Source: Klebsormidium nitens (taxonomy: Eukaryota; Plantae; Klebsormidiophyceae). From it: a stretch of 64,000 nucleotides of DNA. The translations under genes and the position numbers were made by a program. Every line of letters starts with the position of its first letter. The first letter of the stretch is position 1. The DNA lies in the NCBI GenBank assembly GCA_000708835.1, contig DF237332.1, positions 26,461 to 90,460 on the forward strand, read 5' to 3'. Shown here piece after piece: positions 13,201 to 24,977 of the stretch. The notes under the pieces are model-generated. The model was not told where the DNA came from and did no database searches. It saw only the letters and a program-made list of their open reading frames with translations.

Positions 13201-14063
13201 ATTGCTTTTGGAATCAATCTGGCTCCCCTGGAGTGAAAGATTGCGCAGCATCCGTCTTCGCTTGAAGAAACCCTCTGGAGGAGAAACTGTTCGAGCTCCT
13301 TCTATGTTTGTTCTGCTGTCGTCGGCAAAAGTCAATCTTGTGACCTCACGTTTGTCCAACTACCTCTTTATGTCTTGACGATTTGTCCTGATCCGTCTTA
13401 AGTCGTCCTCGTTTTTGCAAGCATTCTCGAAAGCTGCCGTTCCGTCGCACGAGTTGTATCTGATCCAGTCCCGGTCTTTTCTCCTTGCAGCCGGCGCCAA
13501 GAAGGCCGCCGACAACCTGAACGGCGCCAACTTCTCGTGCAAGATCTCGCCCTGGCTGGCGATGGGCTGCCTGTCTCCCCGCCGCATGTATGAGGACCTG
13601 GCCGCCAGCGGGGGCGCCCGGGCCATCACCGCCACGGCGCAAAAGTCGCCCTCGGAGGATGCGAACGGCCTCAGCTGGCTGACGTTCGAGCTGCTGTGGA
13701 GGGACTTCTTCAGGTAGGGGCGCTTATCTGAGTGGCCGACCGCTTGGAACGGCTCGATCTGTCGTTAATAGACTCGGGGATCTCCTTTTTAAGGAGCTGT
13801 CGTTTCAGAAGATGTCTTTAGAGCTCTCGTTCATCAGCTTGCTTCACTCTGCTAACCAAATTCTATTTGCAAGGGGGGGCAGAGTAGGTTAGTTGAAGCA
13901 TGTGATGGCGTGCGAGTCTCGCCCCTTTCTGATGCAAACTAAAACTGGCTTCTGACATGTAAGTCGGATTCTGCCCAGGTTCATCACCAAGAAGTATGGC
14001 ACTGCCAACAAGAGTGCAAGCACCGCAGCATCCCCCGCTTCCGCTATGGCTGTCGCTGTCTAG
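7270..14063 (+). CDS. PHR2: Toc34-like degenerate GTPase domain fused to blue-light photoreceptor/photolyase-family protein PHR2 (749 aa)
   Basis: Exons 7270-7413, 8452-8751, 9091-9249, 9570-9728, 10235-10746, 11290-11521, 11808-12026, 12534-12671, 13035-13113, 13491-13713 and 13979-14063 total 2250 nt with no internal stop, and all phases match. An in-frame TGA sits just upstream of ATG 7270. PHR2 signatures: SIVWFRNDLRVHDNE, PVYCFDPRDYGKSSSGFDKTGPYRAKFL, FFWGSTLYHIDDLPF, GANFSCKISPWLAMG, WLTFELLWRDFFRFITKKY. The N-terminus has GPAGAGKSSTVN, TVDLVLLV and YAKRSAAVL, resembling Toc33/34. Confidence 0.85.
12137..12174 (+). repeat. Intronic decayed copy of the 3' end of PHR2 exon 7
   Basis: GTGCCTCCCAACTACGCCGCCTTCAGGGAACAGTTGCG against exon-end ATGCCCTCCAATTACGCCGGCTTCAGGGAGCAG|GTGCG (11994-12031). 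The donor GT has become TT in the copy. Confidence 0.8.
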
Positions 14064-15599
14064 AGGTATAAGCTATTGCGCCTCGAGAGGAACGGAGGAG
14101 AGGAAGTGTGTAGGTTCAATATTGCCTGCTGAGCCAGACCTGTCGCTGTCGATCGTCAGTAGGTGTCTCGGGCAAGGCCAAGAGCTGGCGGCTGGTAGTT
14201 AGATCGAGCAGGCCTCTGTACAGTGACTCAAGATCTGCTGGCCCATTAGGCCGCCACTGAATTGTCAAGACCTCGAGGGAATGCACAAAGAGTCATCGGT
14301 TTACTCTCTTGCTGTTGGAAGCGATTCGCAGCCCTCATATCTCTTGCAGCAGAAGCCCGACGGCGAGCCTGACGTACGCTGCTATGGGATTGTCCGTGTA
14401 AATACGTGACGCATCTTCTTTAGTTATGCATGTCACTGGCCCGCAAAGTCATGTCACATCCGAGTGACCATCACGGTTTCATGAACCAACGGATTCAATT
14501 AATTGAGTAGTGATGTCCTTTAGTTGGTCTATATTCGCACGCAAGATACAATGACCACCGTGGGCAGAGTTTGAGTCTGATGCCAGGCATGACAGCAGCT
14601 TCTGTGCACACGTAAGTTCATGCATGGTCAATTAGACGGCAATTGTCAATTAATGCATGATGCGCACCTTCAAGCACAACGTACAACAACTTTTACTCGA
14701 TCCTCGGAATTATGTCGCGATGAACACAATGATCGCAATATTACCAGCCGGGAGCGCACTAATGCAGCCGGTGCATACACATATATGTGAGACGTGTACC
14801 TGATTGCGACAGGAGCTAGGTTGCATCAACAATGATGATGTGCGGTATAGCTAGTGACAGTCAGTGACTGAGATGATGGTACGATCATGTACCGTCATCA
14901 CAGTCGACTGCATGTGACTGTGATGACTGCACAAGCTGAACATACACAGCTTAGTGCTACAAAGTAGATAGATGTAGAACCTTATAATGAATTGATGTTG
15001 TTGTTGTTGCTAGCCTGGAATCAAACGCTTGATCGTTAGGTGAGGACCCGTAGATAAATCCGTCCATCACAAAATGTACACGTCTTCTTTGCCCTCTGGG
15101 CTATACCGAAAGAAACCATCACTGCATGTGGCCACATTCGGCCGTCTCATGTTTGAGCTTCGATCAATAAAACCTCAGTTGTAATCGTCCGGCATGAGAC
15201 AAAGTAACCTTGCATGATGGTTGGCCGTGTCCAATTCAGATACATAGGCCGCCTCAGCTACATTCAACGATATCTGCCAGCATGCATGCAATCCCGGGCC
15301 TGTGATCGAGCTACTAATACGTAAAGGCATTGCAACCGGCGCGTGCATTGCATGCGTGATAAGTAATTTGTCCTGATTAACTCAGATATATGCGGTAGAT
15401 ATATACGATCTTGCCACCGACAGTCGTCCTGCTCATTAGTAACAACAATGTACGTTTGCTGCAGATAGCATGGTCGTCGAACTCGCACCGGCCTCATCTG
15501 CCGGGTACATGGATCCATAATCATCTCTGCAGGTTGCCATTGCTATAGATGAAGCTAGGACTCCATCGAAAGCTTGCAGAAGTGATAGTTTATGGGATC

Positions 15600-18500
15600 T
15601 GTCACTGAAGTATCCTGAATATTTGCGAATCACGCGAACCCTTCCTCCTCGATGTTGAGCAACAGCTATCGTTAACATTGATGACATTCTCCTGAGTAAG
15701 CCCGTAAGTTCACGGAAAATCCCAAGGAGCTCCACATCAATTTCACGGTGCCACCGAAACCAGGAGCTTCGCCCTATCTTCGAGTGTCTTGATGCTTGCT
15801 TTGATCGCGTCTCTCTGTCTCGTCGTCTTCGCATCTTCCTGCAGTTGTCGATTATGACAATATCAGGTGCTTATTGGATGCTTGGTCTACCTCAAACGCA
15901 AAGTCTCTGTCTTTTGAAATACAACAAAAACAAGCAGAAGCTTAATGACTTCGCACTCCAACAAGAGCTCTAAGATAAAAACCACAGCAACGAATCGCCC
16001 ACGATTCGATGACGAACTCTGAGAGTCAAATTGCATATCAAAAATTCAACATTACCGTCAACATTAAGTGATACTGTATCCGCTGAGACGCAGTGATTTG
16101 TCACCGACGATCAATTGTTTGGAGCTGAATCTTAAGCACAAGACGTAACCCTTCAGCTGTCACATATTGTCAACCTGAACCACGGTAGTCTGGCAGCAGC
16201 TGTTGGCCAAGCTGTTTTTTGAGACCCACCTTCATGAGGTTCAGCAAGCCCGGGCCGTCGGCGCCCAGGTTCTGCCTCAGCACCTTGTCCATGTCGCCCA
16301 AGAGAGCCTGAAACAGCGTTTTGACAGTGTTTGTCACCGCCCTGGGATTAAACAGCTTGACGAGCGCTTCGACAGCGACAGCACAACAGTAAACAGCGCC
16401 ATGTTTTGACATTGAAGAGACTATTTGTGATTTTAATGCTCAATGGACCGAATGAGAATCTTGAAAGTGTTTGCCAAAGCGTATTAGCACCATTAAGCTT
16501 TCAGGGCGAGCTCGCAACAGAATGAGCGGCGTACCTGATACAAACATCCCCTCGGAGAACGGATCCAGCGTTTGTAAAGCAAGACAAAAGAGCAGCTGAC
16601 AAGACTAGATTTGCGGTTCGATGTTTCACCTCCTCCATTCAGAAACGGAGCTCTTTCGGAATAATGTCGATGAGGATCTTATGGATCACTTTCCAGTATG
16701 CGTACACGCTTATCTGCGAAAGGGGTAATAAAAGGTCAGGGGACTTCGCAAATCAATAAAAATGGTGGTGCTACCGCGTCTCTGAGGTAGCTCTGGCTGC
16801 TTTCGGAACAGCATACCCATTGTGGATCTGATATTCCGTAGATGCTTTCCAACATGACCCGGTTCCGAAGGTCAGGGGACATACTCGAGACGCGGCAGCA
16901 AGAAGTACAATGCAATCTGATCGCCATTTGAACACTGAGGCGCCGCTTACCCTGAAATCTGTCTTTACCTGCATGACTTGGAGGGCTTGTGACGCGTTGT
17001 CAACCAATGGAGCCTTGAGGAAGCCTTCAGGTGCGTCCTCAAGGGATGCAGGAAGCTGAATAGCGTGCCCGTGTCCACAGCGCACTGTGCCATTATATGA
17101 TGTCGGCCAGTTTCTTGCGTCGTGCCCGTGCGCACATTGGAGGTCCTTGCACTCATCCAACCCCTTCGTCAGGCTGCTCACAGTGTCCATGTAGTAGTGG
17201 TTGAACGTGCACACTATGGCCTGACTCTTCTCCAGTTCCCTTTCGATGAACTTGTAGGCAGTCTGTTGGGAAGCGCCGAGTCTCTGCGAGCACATTCACA
17301 AAGAGTAACGTTGCTTTTGTGATTTTCTCAAAATGATCAAACGTTGTGCCGATGAGGTTTTCTTCGTCGAGCTGATGTCTGTACAGCATTAACGTACCCA
17401 CCGTTGAGCATGAAACGCTGAAGGATCCGGTTCTTTGCTGGTCGTGGTAAAGCGCTTGCAGCAAGCAGAAGAACAACGAAAGTACAGTTACCAAAACATG
17501 CTGTGAGAGCGTCACAAATTGTTTCACAATCTGGTTATCATATTTGTTTGTTGACTGACCTGTCCAGCCGTTTCTTTCATGGTCGTGGCCAAACCTGGCA
17601 ACGACGCCGCACAGATGTCGATGACCTCGTCAGATACCCGCAAGGTATACTCCACAACTTTCTCGAGAACTTCGAAACAGACGGGCTTGCACTTCTCCAC
17701 CTCCTCGTGCAGGAGCTGTAAAGAAGAGAAAAAGGCCCACTGATCAAGAAGTCGACAAATGGTTTCTGTAACACAATTTGATTACTCAACCGACTGCGCA
17801 GTATTTGCGCGGTGCCTTTCACGGCATCAACCAGAGTCTTGCCACACGTGGCAACATCTAGCTCCAACGGATGCATCCTGCTTTTAATTTCAGACATTCT
17901 GCCAGCTATGGTTAAAGATTTGGCAACGTCATGAAAGATGATAACACGGTATGTTCTGAAGAGGGGATTGAAATCTAGCAATCGTGCATAGAGTCCTCTC
18001 AACGAGCGGGAAGCCTATTCCAGTAAGAAAGTTCCAAAACGAATCTTGTTTTCAATAGCTTAGAAAGACTGAAGTGCTTGCCGACCTGTTTGAAGACCGA
18101 GTGAGACAGGAAGTTCGCCACTGCGAATCCCACCGTGGCTGTCTTGACCCTGTTCCTGAACCCCTCTGAGAAAAACTTGGAGGTAGCCCCTCGAAGAGTC
18201 TCCTCAAGATCCTCGAATAGCGAGTTGAGCTTCGAGGGATAGAGCATCTCCTCGTCGTCATAAAATTCAACGTGCCTGTCACCCCTCAGCATGAGGCCCT
18301 CCATGATTCGGGTCCTTTCGCTCGTGATCCGCAGAAACTCCATCATGGCTTCCGCCTCAGTCACAACGCTTGGTGGAAGCCTCTGAAGGGCGCTCTGTTT
18401 CTCCGTAAGCTTGTTCTGGAGAATGCAAGGGGTTTCAGCGATGTTACTCATAATGTTCAGTCAATTCGAGAACAGGAGAGTTGAGAAAGCAGAAGTCGTC

Positions 18501-20243
18501 ACATCCTGTCGCTCTCCTAAGCTTTGGAGGGTTCCGCGTTCGCACTATTGACAGAAGGGGATTGAGAATTAAAACTGACTAAAGTTGTCTGTAGACCTGC
18601 GTGGATTCCAAGGTTCCAGAATCAAGCCAGCTGCCATTGGAATTCTTGGCGTTAAACATAGATAAATCTTTCAGTACTTTTCATAGTTGACAGAGACGTC
18701 GGTTCTACGATTATAACTTTTCTGGCTAGAGTATTCCGTTCATGAGTAAACGACCCCATTCCATTCGAACACAGACTAAGATAAGCCGAAGACAAAAGTC
18801 CACGGTTTCTTTCAACCGCGTAATCTACCTATACATGCAAGTCGGTCAAAGAGGTCGAAGGTATACCAATGAAGTCGCGAAGAACGTTCTTGCTGCAAAG
18901 AAATCAAAGAGTGAACGAGAGAAGCGGTTGTTTTCTCACGTGAAGCTGTGAGCGGATCTTTGGGAGGCTCCCGTTGATTCGCTTCCCTTGGATTGCGGTC
19001 AGGATTCTTCCAAGCGCTTCTCATCCCAACATGTCAGCATCAAGCGTCCTCAGCTTCGGATGCGAGAAGAGCAGGTCGCTCTCATACTTGGCAGCAGAGT
19101 CCTTCGGCAAGGAAGTCACATCATCTGTTGCACGGTTGCATACCAGCACGTACCCTAGACCCACATTGACGTCATTAGCCAGGACCTGCAGAAGGGTTGA
19201 GGGGTCAGCAAAATGAATATTTTATGTTTCCTTGCTTAATCGTCAACTTTAGAAAAGGGAAACGTGTGTCTATCATCGGGGATTCTGATTTGCTGGACGA
19301 TTGGAAGAAAAAAGCAAATGTTGGACGACGAAATTCTTCCGTCCTCTATTGGAGAGTTTCATTTCAAAGTGCAATATGGAAGATGTGGAAGTAGATTATT
19401 AAGATGATCAATTCTAACAGAATGAAAACGGGCTCTAAAATCCTCTTAGATGTGACCCGAATGTGATCATGATCATATATATCGGTTGCAGAGGATGCGT
19501 GGACAGCGTTTATAGACATGGCCCAGGCATGGTTTTGCACAGACACTAATTCTGGCGGTACTGTGATGATGATGGCTTACCTTCTCGTATGCGCCGTCTG
19601 GCTCCCTGTCAACTTTGGTCACCACCGCCAGAGTCCGGGAGCCTTCTTGATCGACTTCCTTGGACAAGTTGAAGGACTCGCAGGTGGCCCAATCAACTTC
19701 AGCCGAGATGACGTTTAGGATTACCGTCTCTTCCGGCTTGATCTGCTCTCTTATCATGTTCACAACCTGCTGGTAAATGTCCTGCGGCTGGCCCTTGATT
19801 GGGACTCTCGTGATACCTGGCAGGTCCACAAGAGTGAGATCTGGGAGGTCGGGTCCACAGACACTCAAGTTGATAGGCTTAGGACAAACGCCCTTCTCAT
19901 CACCGGCCAGGATCCGGGTCGCTTCTCTCACCGCTTCTTCCACTTCCTCATGCATTATATTCTTCTTCTCGCTCCCGTACTCAATCAAGATGTCCAGTTC
20001 TTCTGTAGACTCGCTGCTTTTGATTCTCATGACCAATGGGACCCGCGTCACTATTCCCTTTCCTCGTGGCAGAGAGACTCCCGACAGCCGCTCAATCACA
20101 GAGCTTTTCCCACTTGACTGATCCCCGATGACCACGATGGTAGGCAGCTTGATGCCTTCATCGGCCACGCCAATCTTCCTGAGGGTGTCTATTGTGTCTA
20201 GAAGAGGGCGCATGGTCTTCTCATAGACCTGCGTGAGCGCCAT
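15600..20243 (-). pseudogene. Mx-like / DRP4-like dynamin-related GTPase, disrupted
   Basis: Exons 20243-19581 (G1 GDQSSGKSS, G2 GIVTR, G3 DLPG, G4 TKVD), 19185-18940, 18415-18086, 17715-17560, 17283-16969, about 16917-16775, 16307-16230 and a decayed last exon from 15691 (approximate left end). In-frame TGA at 19023-19021 (DMLG*EALGRIL). GED-like residues around 16917-16830 are split across reading frames. Confidence 0.85.
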
Positions 20244-23200
20244 GACGCCAGGATCTGACAAGCAGAGAGGCTACTTCCGTTGAGATCGCTAATCGCTTTG
20301 TGTCGATTTGTAAAAGCTACGTCTGGTAGAAAAGAAGACGCTAGGCTTCTGAATCACTTCAATCTCCAGTCTATTATCGCAAGACGTCAAACATCCACTC
20401 CAAGCCTTCCTCTTTCCTGACCTTCAGATGATTGAATGTGAAAAGCAAATGAAGATGCCCCTGCCTGACTGTAGGAAGGTACTAGAGTACAATCTCTGTA
20501 AAGGCTAGCAAAAGACAAATGGATATGGATGGCGGATGAGTGATGGATATTAAAAGTACCAGAAATTGAGGTACGTATGCAATAGCCCTCCCGTTTATTG
20601 CGGTTGCCGCAATTGTGACGGTCGATGAACCTTTGACGTGACCGACATCGCCGGACGTTCATGTTTTGAACGCCGTTGTACCAAACACTGATATTCCGGA
20701 GGACAAACATTTTCCCTCGTCTTTCGATACCTTTGTCCTATCCCGCTTTGTATTTGTTCTGACAAGTATCCCGCCTCAGTGAGTTGCTACACCCGAGCAT
20801 TTCAGTGGCCTGTCAAGAAAGAGCTGCATTTGGAGCTGATTTGAGGAACATTCTGGGGTGTGTCGAAGGGGAGGTGGCAAGCGCAGCGACGTTCGTCGGT
20901 GTGGACACGGCGTTATTTTGTTGCGACGGTCACGTCCTGCGGCAAGATAGGTGAATCTTGTTTACTCGTGGCTTGTAGTATAGTACATCGATCAGCACAG
21001 GTGTCGGAAGATACATTTGGCCTCCAACCAAGTTTGATGAGCGCATATATTGATTTCCGCCCTATGCTTTGTTCGCTTGACGCGCCGGTCCGGAAAGGGC
21101 GACAGCATGGAGAGTGTGGGAGTGGGCCAGGTTTCCAATGTATCCAGACAGACTCCAGTATAAGACTCCTTGATTACTTAGCGCTGACATGAAACTGATA
21201 TTGGTATGATAGCGAGAATGTTACGTCTATTCTGCCTTTTTGTGAAGAGACGGTGACTTCACCATCTCTTGAGCACCTTCCTTAGTATGGACGGAATCGC
21301 AGGGGCGCCCAAACAGAGGGCCACTCTCATGCCATGATCATAGTCTTGTGTACGACTCATTGGTGCTTCAGTAGGGACACGTGTGCCATGGAAGTTTAGC
21401 GGTCACGCAGACGACAACTTCTATTTTTTGCCCCACATTATTATGGCACTATCATAGGCCATGTTCCACAGTATCCGGAAGTAGAGGCATGGAAGCTAGG
21501 TAAACAGCACAAGCGGCCACTGAAAAGCAGGCATGATGCAAATACGAAACCACGATCGTCGATAACAAACTTTGAAGCAGGGCTGCTCATGATCGATGAA
21601 GACGATGAGGTCGTTTGAGAAATGATGAAACGACGCGCAGGACTTCAATGAGGGCACATGTTTAGAAGAGCTAGCACTTTTCTAGCAGCAACCTGATTCT
21701 ATATAAGGGAGCGTTTCGAAAGTAAAATTCTAAGTGCACAGTCTTATGCATGCTCTTGATCAACCTCAAGCTGCTTCAGAGCTTTCTCGGGTCTCTCATA
21801 TGTACAGCAACTTGTCTACAACACGTGGCCCGACTCTGCAGTAGACGGACTTCAATAGACCTGGCAAATTGGTAGGGCCCCGACCAGAGGACTCAACCTG
21901 GGCCGATGAAACACGACTCCAAAATCATATTCTCGAAGATGTTCGACAGAAATTGATCTTGTCAATCCGCATCTGGTTGTCTGGGGAAACACTGCTACGA
22001 TTCTGTACGACACAACACGTTTTAGTCCTATAGACAGCCAGATCAGGACAGAGTAGCGGCCTCTTACAGTCCTTCTGCTCGAGGAGCTCTCGTCACCACT
22101 ACTGATCACCAAAAACAAGACATAAGTATGCTTGTCGAAGTGAAGCTGTTAACTTGCCGTCCCTGGTGGAGCCGGCGAGCCTTTGCCCCCGGGCTTTTTC
22201 TCAACATCTGCAGGGAAAAGCTTTGGAGATGTTTTAACGACTCGCAACTCTCAATGCAGGGTCCAACTGGAATCAGATTCACTGAAGAACAACTTTTTAG
22301 GCTAGGACTAGAGCCGGAGCATGCAGCCTTGCTTGCATGTAATGAAGAATCTCGGAGGTGGGCCCGAGGATTGAGGAGGCCAAATCATGGACCCTATTTT
22401 TCACGCATATCGATCACCAAAAGACGGACACCTGGTGGGAAACAATCTTGCAGGCCAGTCACGAAGTACAAAAGCCGCAAGCCTGAACCGCTTGGTGCGC
22501 CTGTAAAGCCCTTGTTTCCCCGAATATCAGACAGCCAATGTCACGCTGTAGTGGAAATCATGCGCTGCTGCTAATGACGATGGCCTGACAAGTAAGACCA
22601 GATGAAAACTTTGAACCTCAGCTGGAAGGCTAGGAGCAGAGAAACCACTCTTGATGCAGATTTTAGTCCCAAGAGAAAGCGTCCACCTTTTCTCACCATT
22701 GCTTTTCGATGTAGGAGTTTTCAGCCACAACACCAGCTCGTCAATCGTTTTGTTGAGCCTCTGACTCATCTCCAGCCTGGTATCATTGGCCGCTTTGATT
22801 GTCTCTTTGGCTTCTCCAACCCTTCTTTGGTAGTCTCTCAACAACTCAACCCTCTTCTCATTCATACACCTTACCTCTCCCCCACGTTAAAGATCGTCAA
22901 GCCAGAGTACCCCAGGCAATAACCCGCTGCGAAGATGCATCCAAAGAAGATTGCAACGTCTCTTTTGGACCGGGTGGAGCCGTGACCGAGCTGGCTTGGA
23001 ACAACTTTGCAGCTCTGGCTGAGCTGATCCGGAAGCTGTGGCGCCCGATAGGGATCAACCGGGACGTAGTACACAATGGGACGAGGCAGATCAGGGCGGG
23101 CCCTCCTGAGGTTGTGCTTAGAAGCGGCGCCCTGCTGCGGTGGGTTGCCAACCGGCGGCATAATTGGTTTCAGTACCATATACTACTAGTAATGCTGCAC

Positions 23201-23474
23201 AATTCGAGCATGTCTGAATCCGACTTGGAGTCGATGCTGGATTCGTCCAGAGCGTGACATAGGACAAAACGTTAGGTGACGCTACGATATGACGATACTA
23301 GTGATGTTGGTATCACATGAGAGAAGCAGATCCCACTCAAATGTACTCTCCTTTTGTCTGCTAATTTCAGTCTCTCCTGCTTTGTTGCAGAATGTGCCCA
23401 AGCCTTACCCTGAAACGTTTTACAGCTGTAAATAGGACCTTGGCGCCGCTATGCATGCACAGGGGATCACTTGA

Positions 23475-23613
23475 GTACGCAACCATCAAAAGTGCGCAAA
23501 AGTACGCGAAAGTACGCAAAAGTGCGCAAAATGACGCAACCATCAGTATACGCAAAAGTACGCAACCATCACCAACGCGTCGGCAATCGGTGCCGTGATG
23601 GTTGCGTACTTTT
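23475..23613. repeat. 10-bp tandem array (AAAAGTACGC-type) ending in a perfect 19-bp inverted repeat
   Basis: Array at 23475-23571. AAAAGTACGCAACCATCAC (23554-23572) pairs with GTGATGGTTGCGTACTTTT (23595-23613) across a 22-nt loop. A GCGGCCGC-rich patch follows. Confidence 0.85.
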
Positions 23614-23844
23614 CAAATCCGGCCGGCCGCGGCCGCGGGCCGTACGAGGGTTTGGCTGGGGTTTAGATTGCTACAACTTAAGCCGCGGAAACCAGATTGG
23701 GGCCGTTCATTTTCGGCATTTCAAGCGGACGGTTAAGTCCAAATGCTGCTCGCCACGTATCGGACGGACTACATTGACGGTGGGGCCTGAACACACTGAC
23801 TGAGTGACACAACTGGATGAGGTCACATGATTCGCATTGTCCAG

Positions 23845-24468
23845 TCGAGAACTTGCTGGTCGATGACGGTCCTCTGCAGCCAAGCAGCACCGGTACCCTG
23901 CGCACGCTGTTCCGCTACGTGCGCGCCATCTCGTCACTGCATCTTTCTTATAACATAGGATCATCACAGTAAGCACAGAATCATGCCTCGTGTATCATTT
24001 AATAGCTGCACTAAGAAGCCAGATCACGGACCACTGCACTTGCCAATTCGGCGTGCAATGGACCAATTGCGACATAGAAATACTATAAACTTAGATTCTG
24101 CCCTTATGAATCTCTGCTAGGAACGTGGCTCGAATTCTAATACGAAAGGTCCGTCAGTACTTGAAGACAAGAGATGGAGTCATTATGGTATATCATGAAA
24201 AAGCTGTACCATGGCCATGCAGTCATCGAGGAACTTGACAAAGGTAGTGCATCTCTGTTGTTCAGATTTCTTCTGTCACAAAATCTGGATATTTCCGCAA
24301 CCGGTCAGAGGGGGGAAAATGATCTTTTGTGGTTCGAAAGCAGTACGGCTTCTTGATCAGAACTATCGCTTTTTTGCTGCTGCTCAACCCACAGTTGGAA
24401 ATGTAGCCGTGTTTCTGATTCTGGGATGCAGTTATACTTACCTCGTCCTATATTTCTGCGTATCCTAG
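23845..24468 (+). pseudogene. Possible orphan three-exon gene fragment with an in-frame stop
   Basis: Segments 23845-23968, 24158-24243 and 24395-24468 have AG/GT borders in compatible phases (2,1) and read ENLLVDDGPLQPSSTGTLRTLFRYVRAISS...HT*RQEMESLWYIMKKLYHGHAVIEELDKVGNVAVFLILGCSYTYLVLYFCVS*. No family recognised. Confidence 0.3.
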
Positions 24469-24977
24469 TTGATCTCGGTTCATTTGTCACCTATTTGCAT
24501 ATCGGTAGGCTCTGCCTGAAATCTTTTGAGTGCCCGGCAACTTGACTCTTTGCGCCATGATGGTATATCCAGTGTATCCACCCAACAAAGGCAGCGGTAG
24601 CCAGGGTCTAGGTTCTAGGTCCTAGCCTTTGCAAAAGTGAACTGCGTACTCGCCATCTTTGTGGCATCTCTAGTTCTGTCTGAAAAGTGCGAGCCGATAC
24701 TATATTTTTGTAGCCCATTTGCTTCTCTATCCAAGGGAAGTGAAAGCGCGTGCGGGTCAATTATCTCGTCAATGTCAAGTCCACTACTGAACAGCGCCAG
24801 TCGTCCTTAAAGTGCTTGTGGGGCTGCTACTTCGCAACCCTCTCGCAATCTGTCAACGTGCGCCCGCCCACAATTCGTGAGCCCTGACGCGCTGGTGAAC
24901 CAATCATTACTCATAACATTAGCTTACTAAGTAGCAAACGCAGTTCATTCGCATCTCTCCAACTCGACAGAGCTTCT

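Noticed and set aside
13979-14063. PHR2 ends right after WRDFF and lacks most of the FAD-binding domain
   Set aside because: This truncation is the normal PHR2 family architecture, not a lesion or a novelty.
19021-19023. In-frame TGA in the Mx-like gene as selenocysteine or readthrough
   Set aside because: The GED exons also carry frameshifts, so ordinary pseudogenisation explains it. No SECIS could be identified by eye.
23475-23571. 10-bp arrays here and at 38467-38530 as CRISPR-like repeats
   Set aside because: Head-to-tail units without unique spacers, no cas genes, eukaryotic context.
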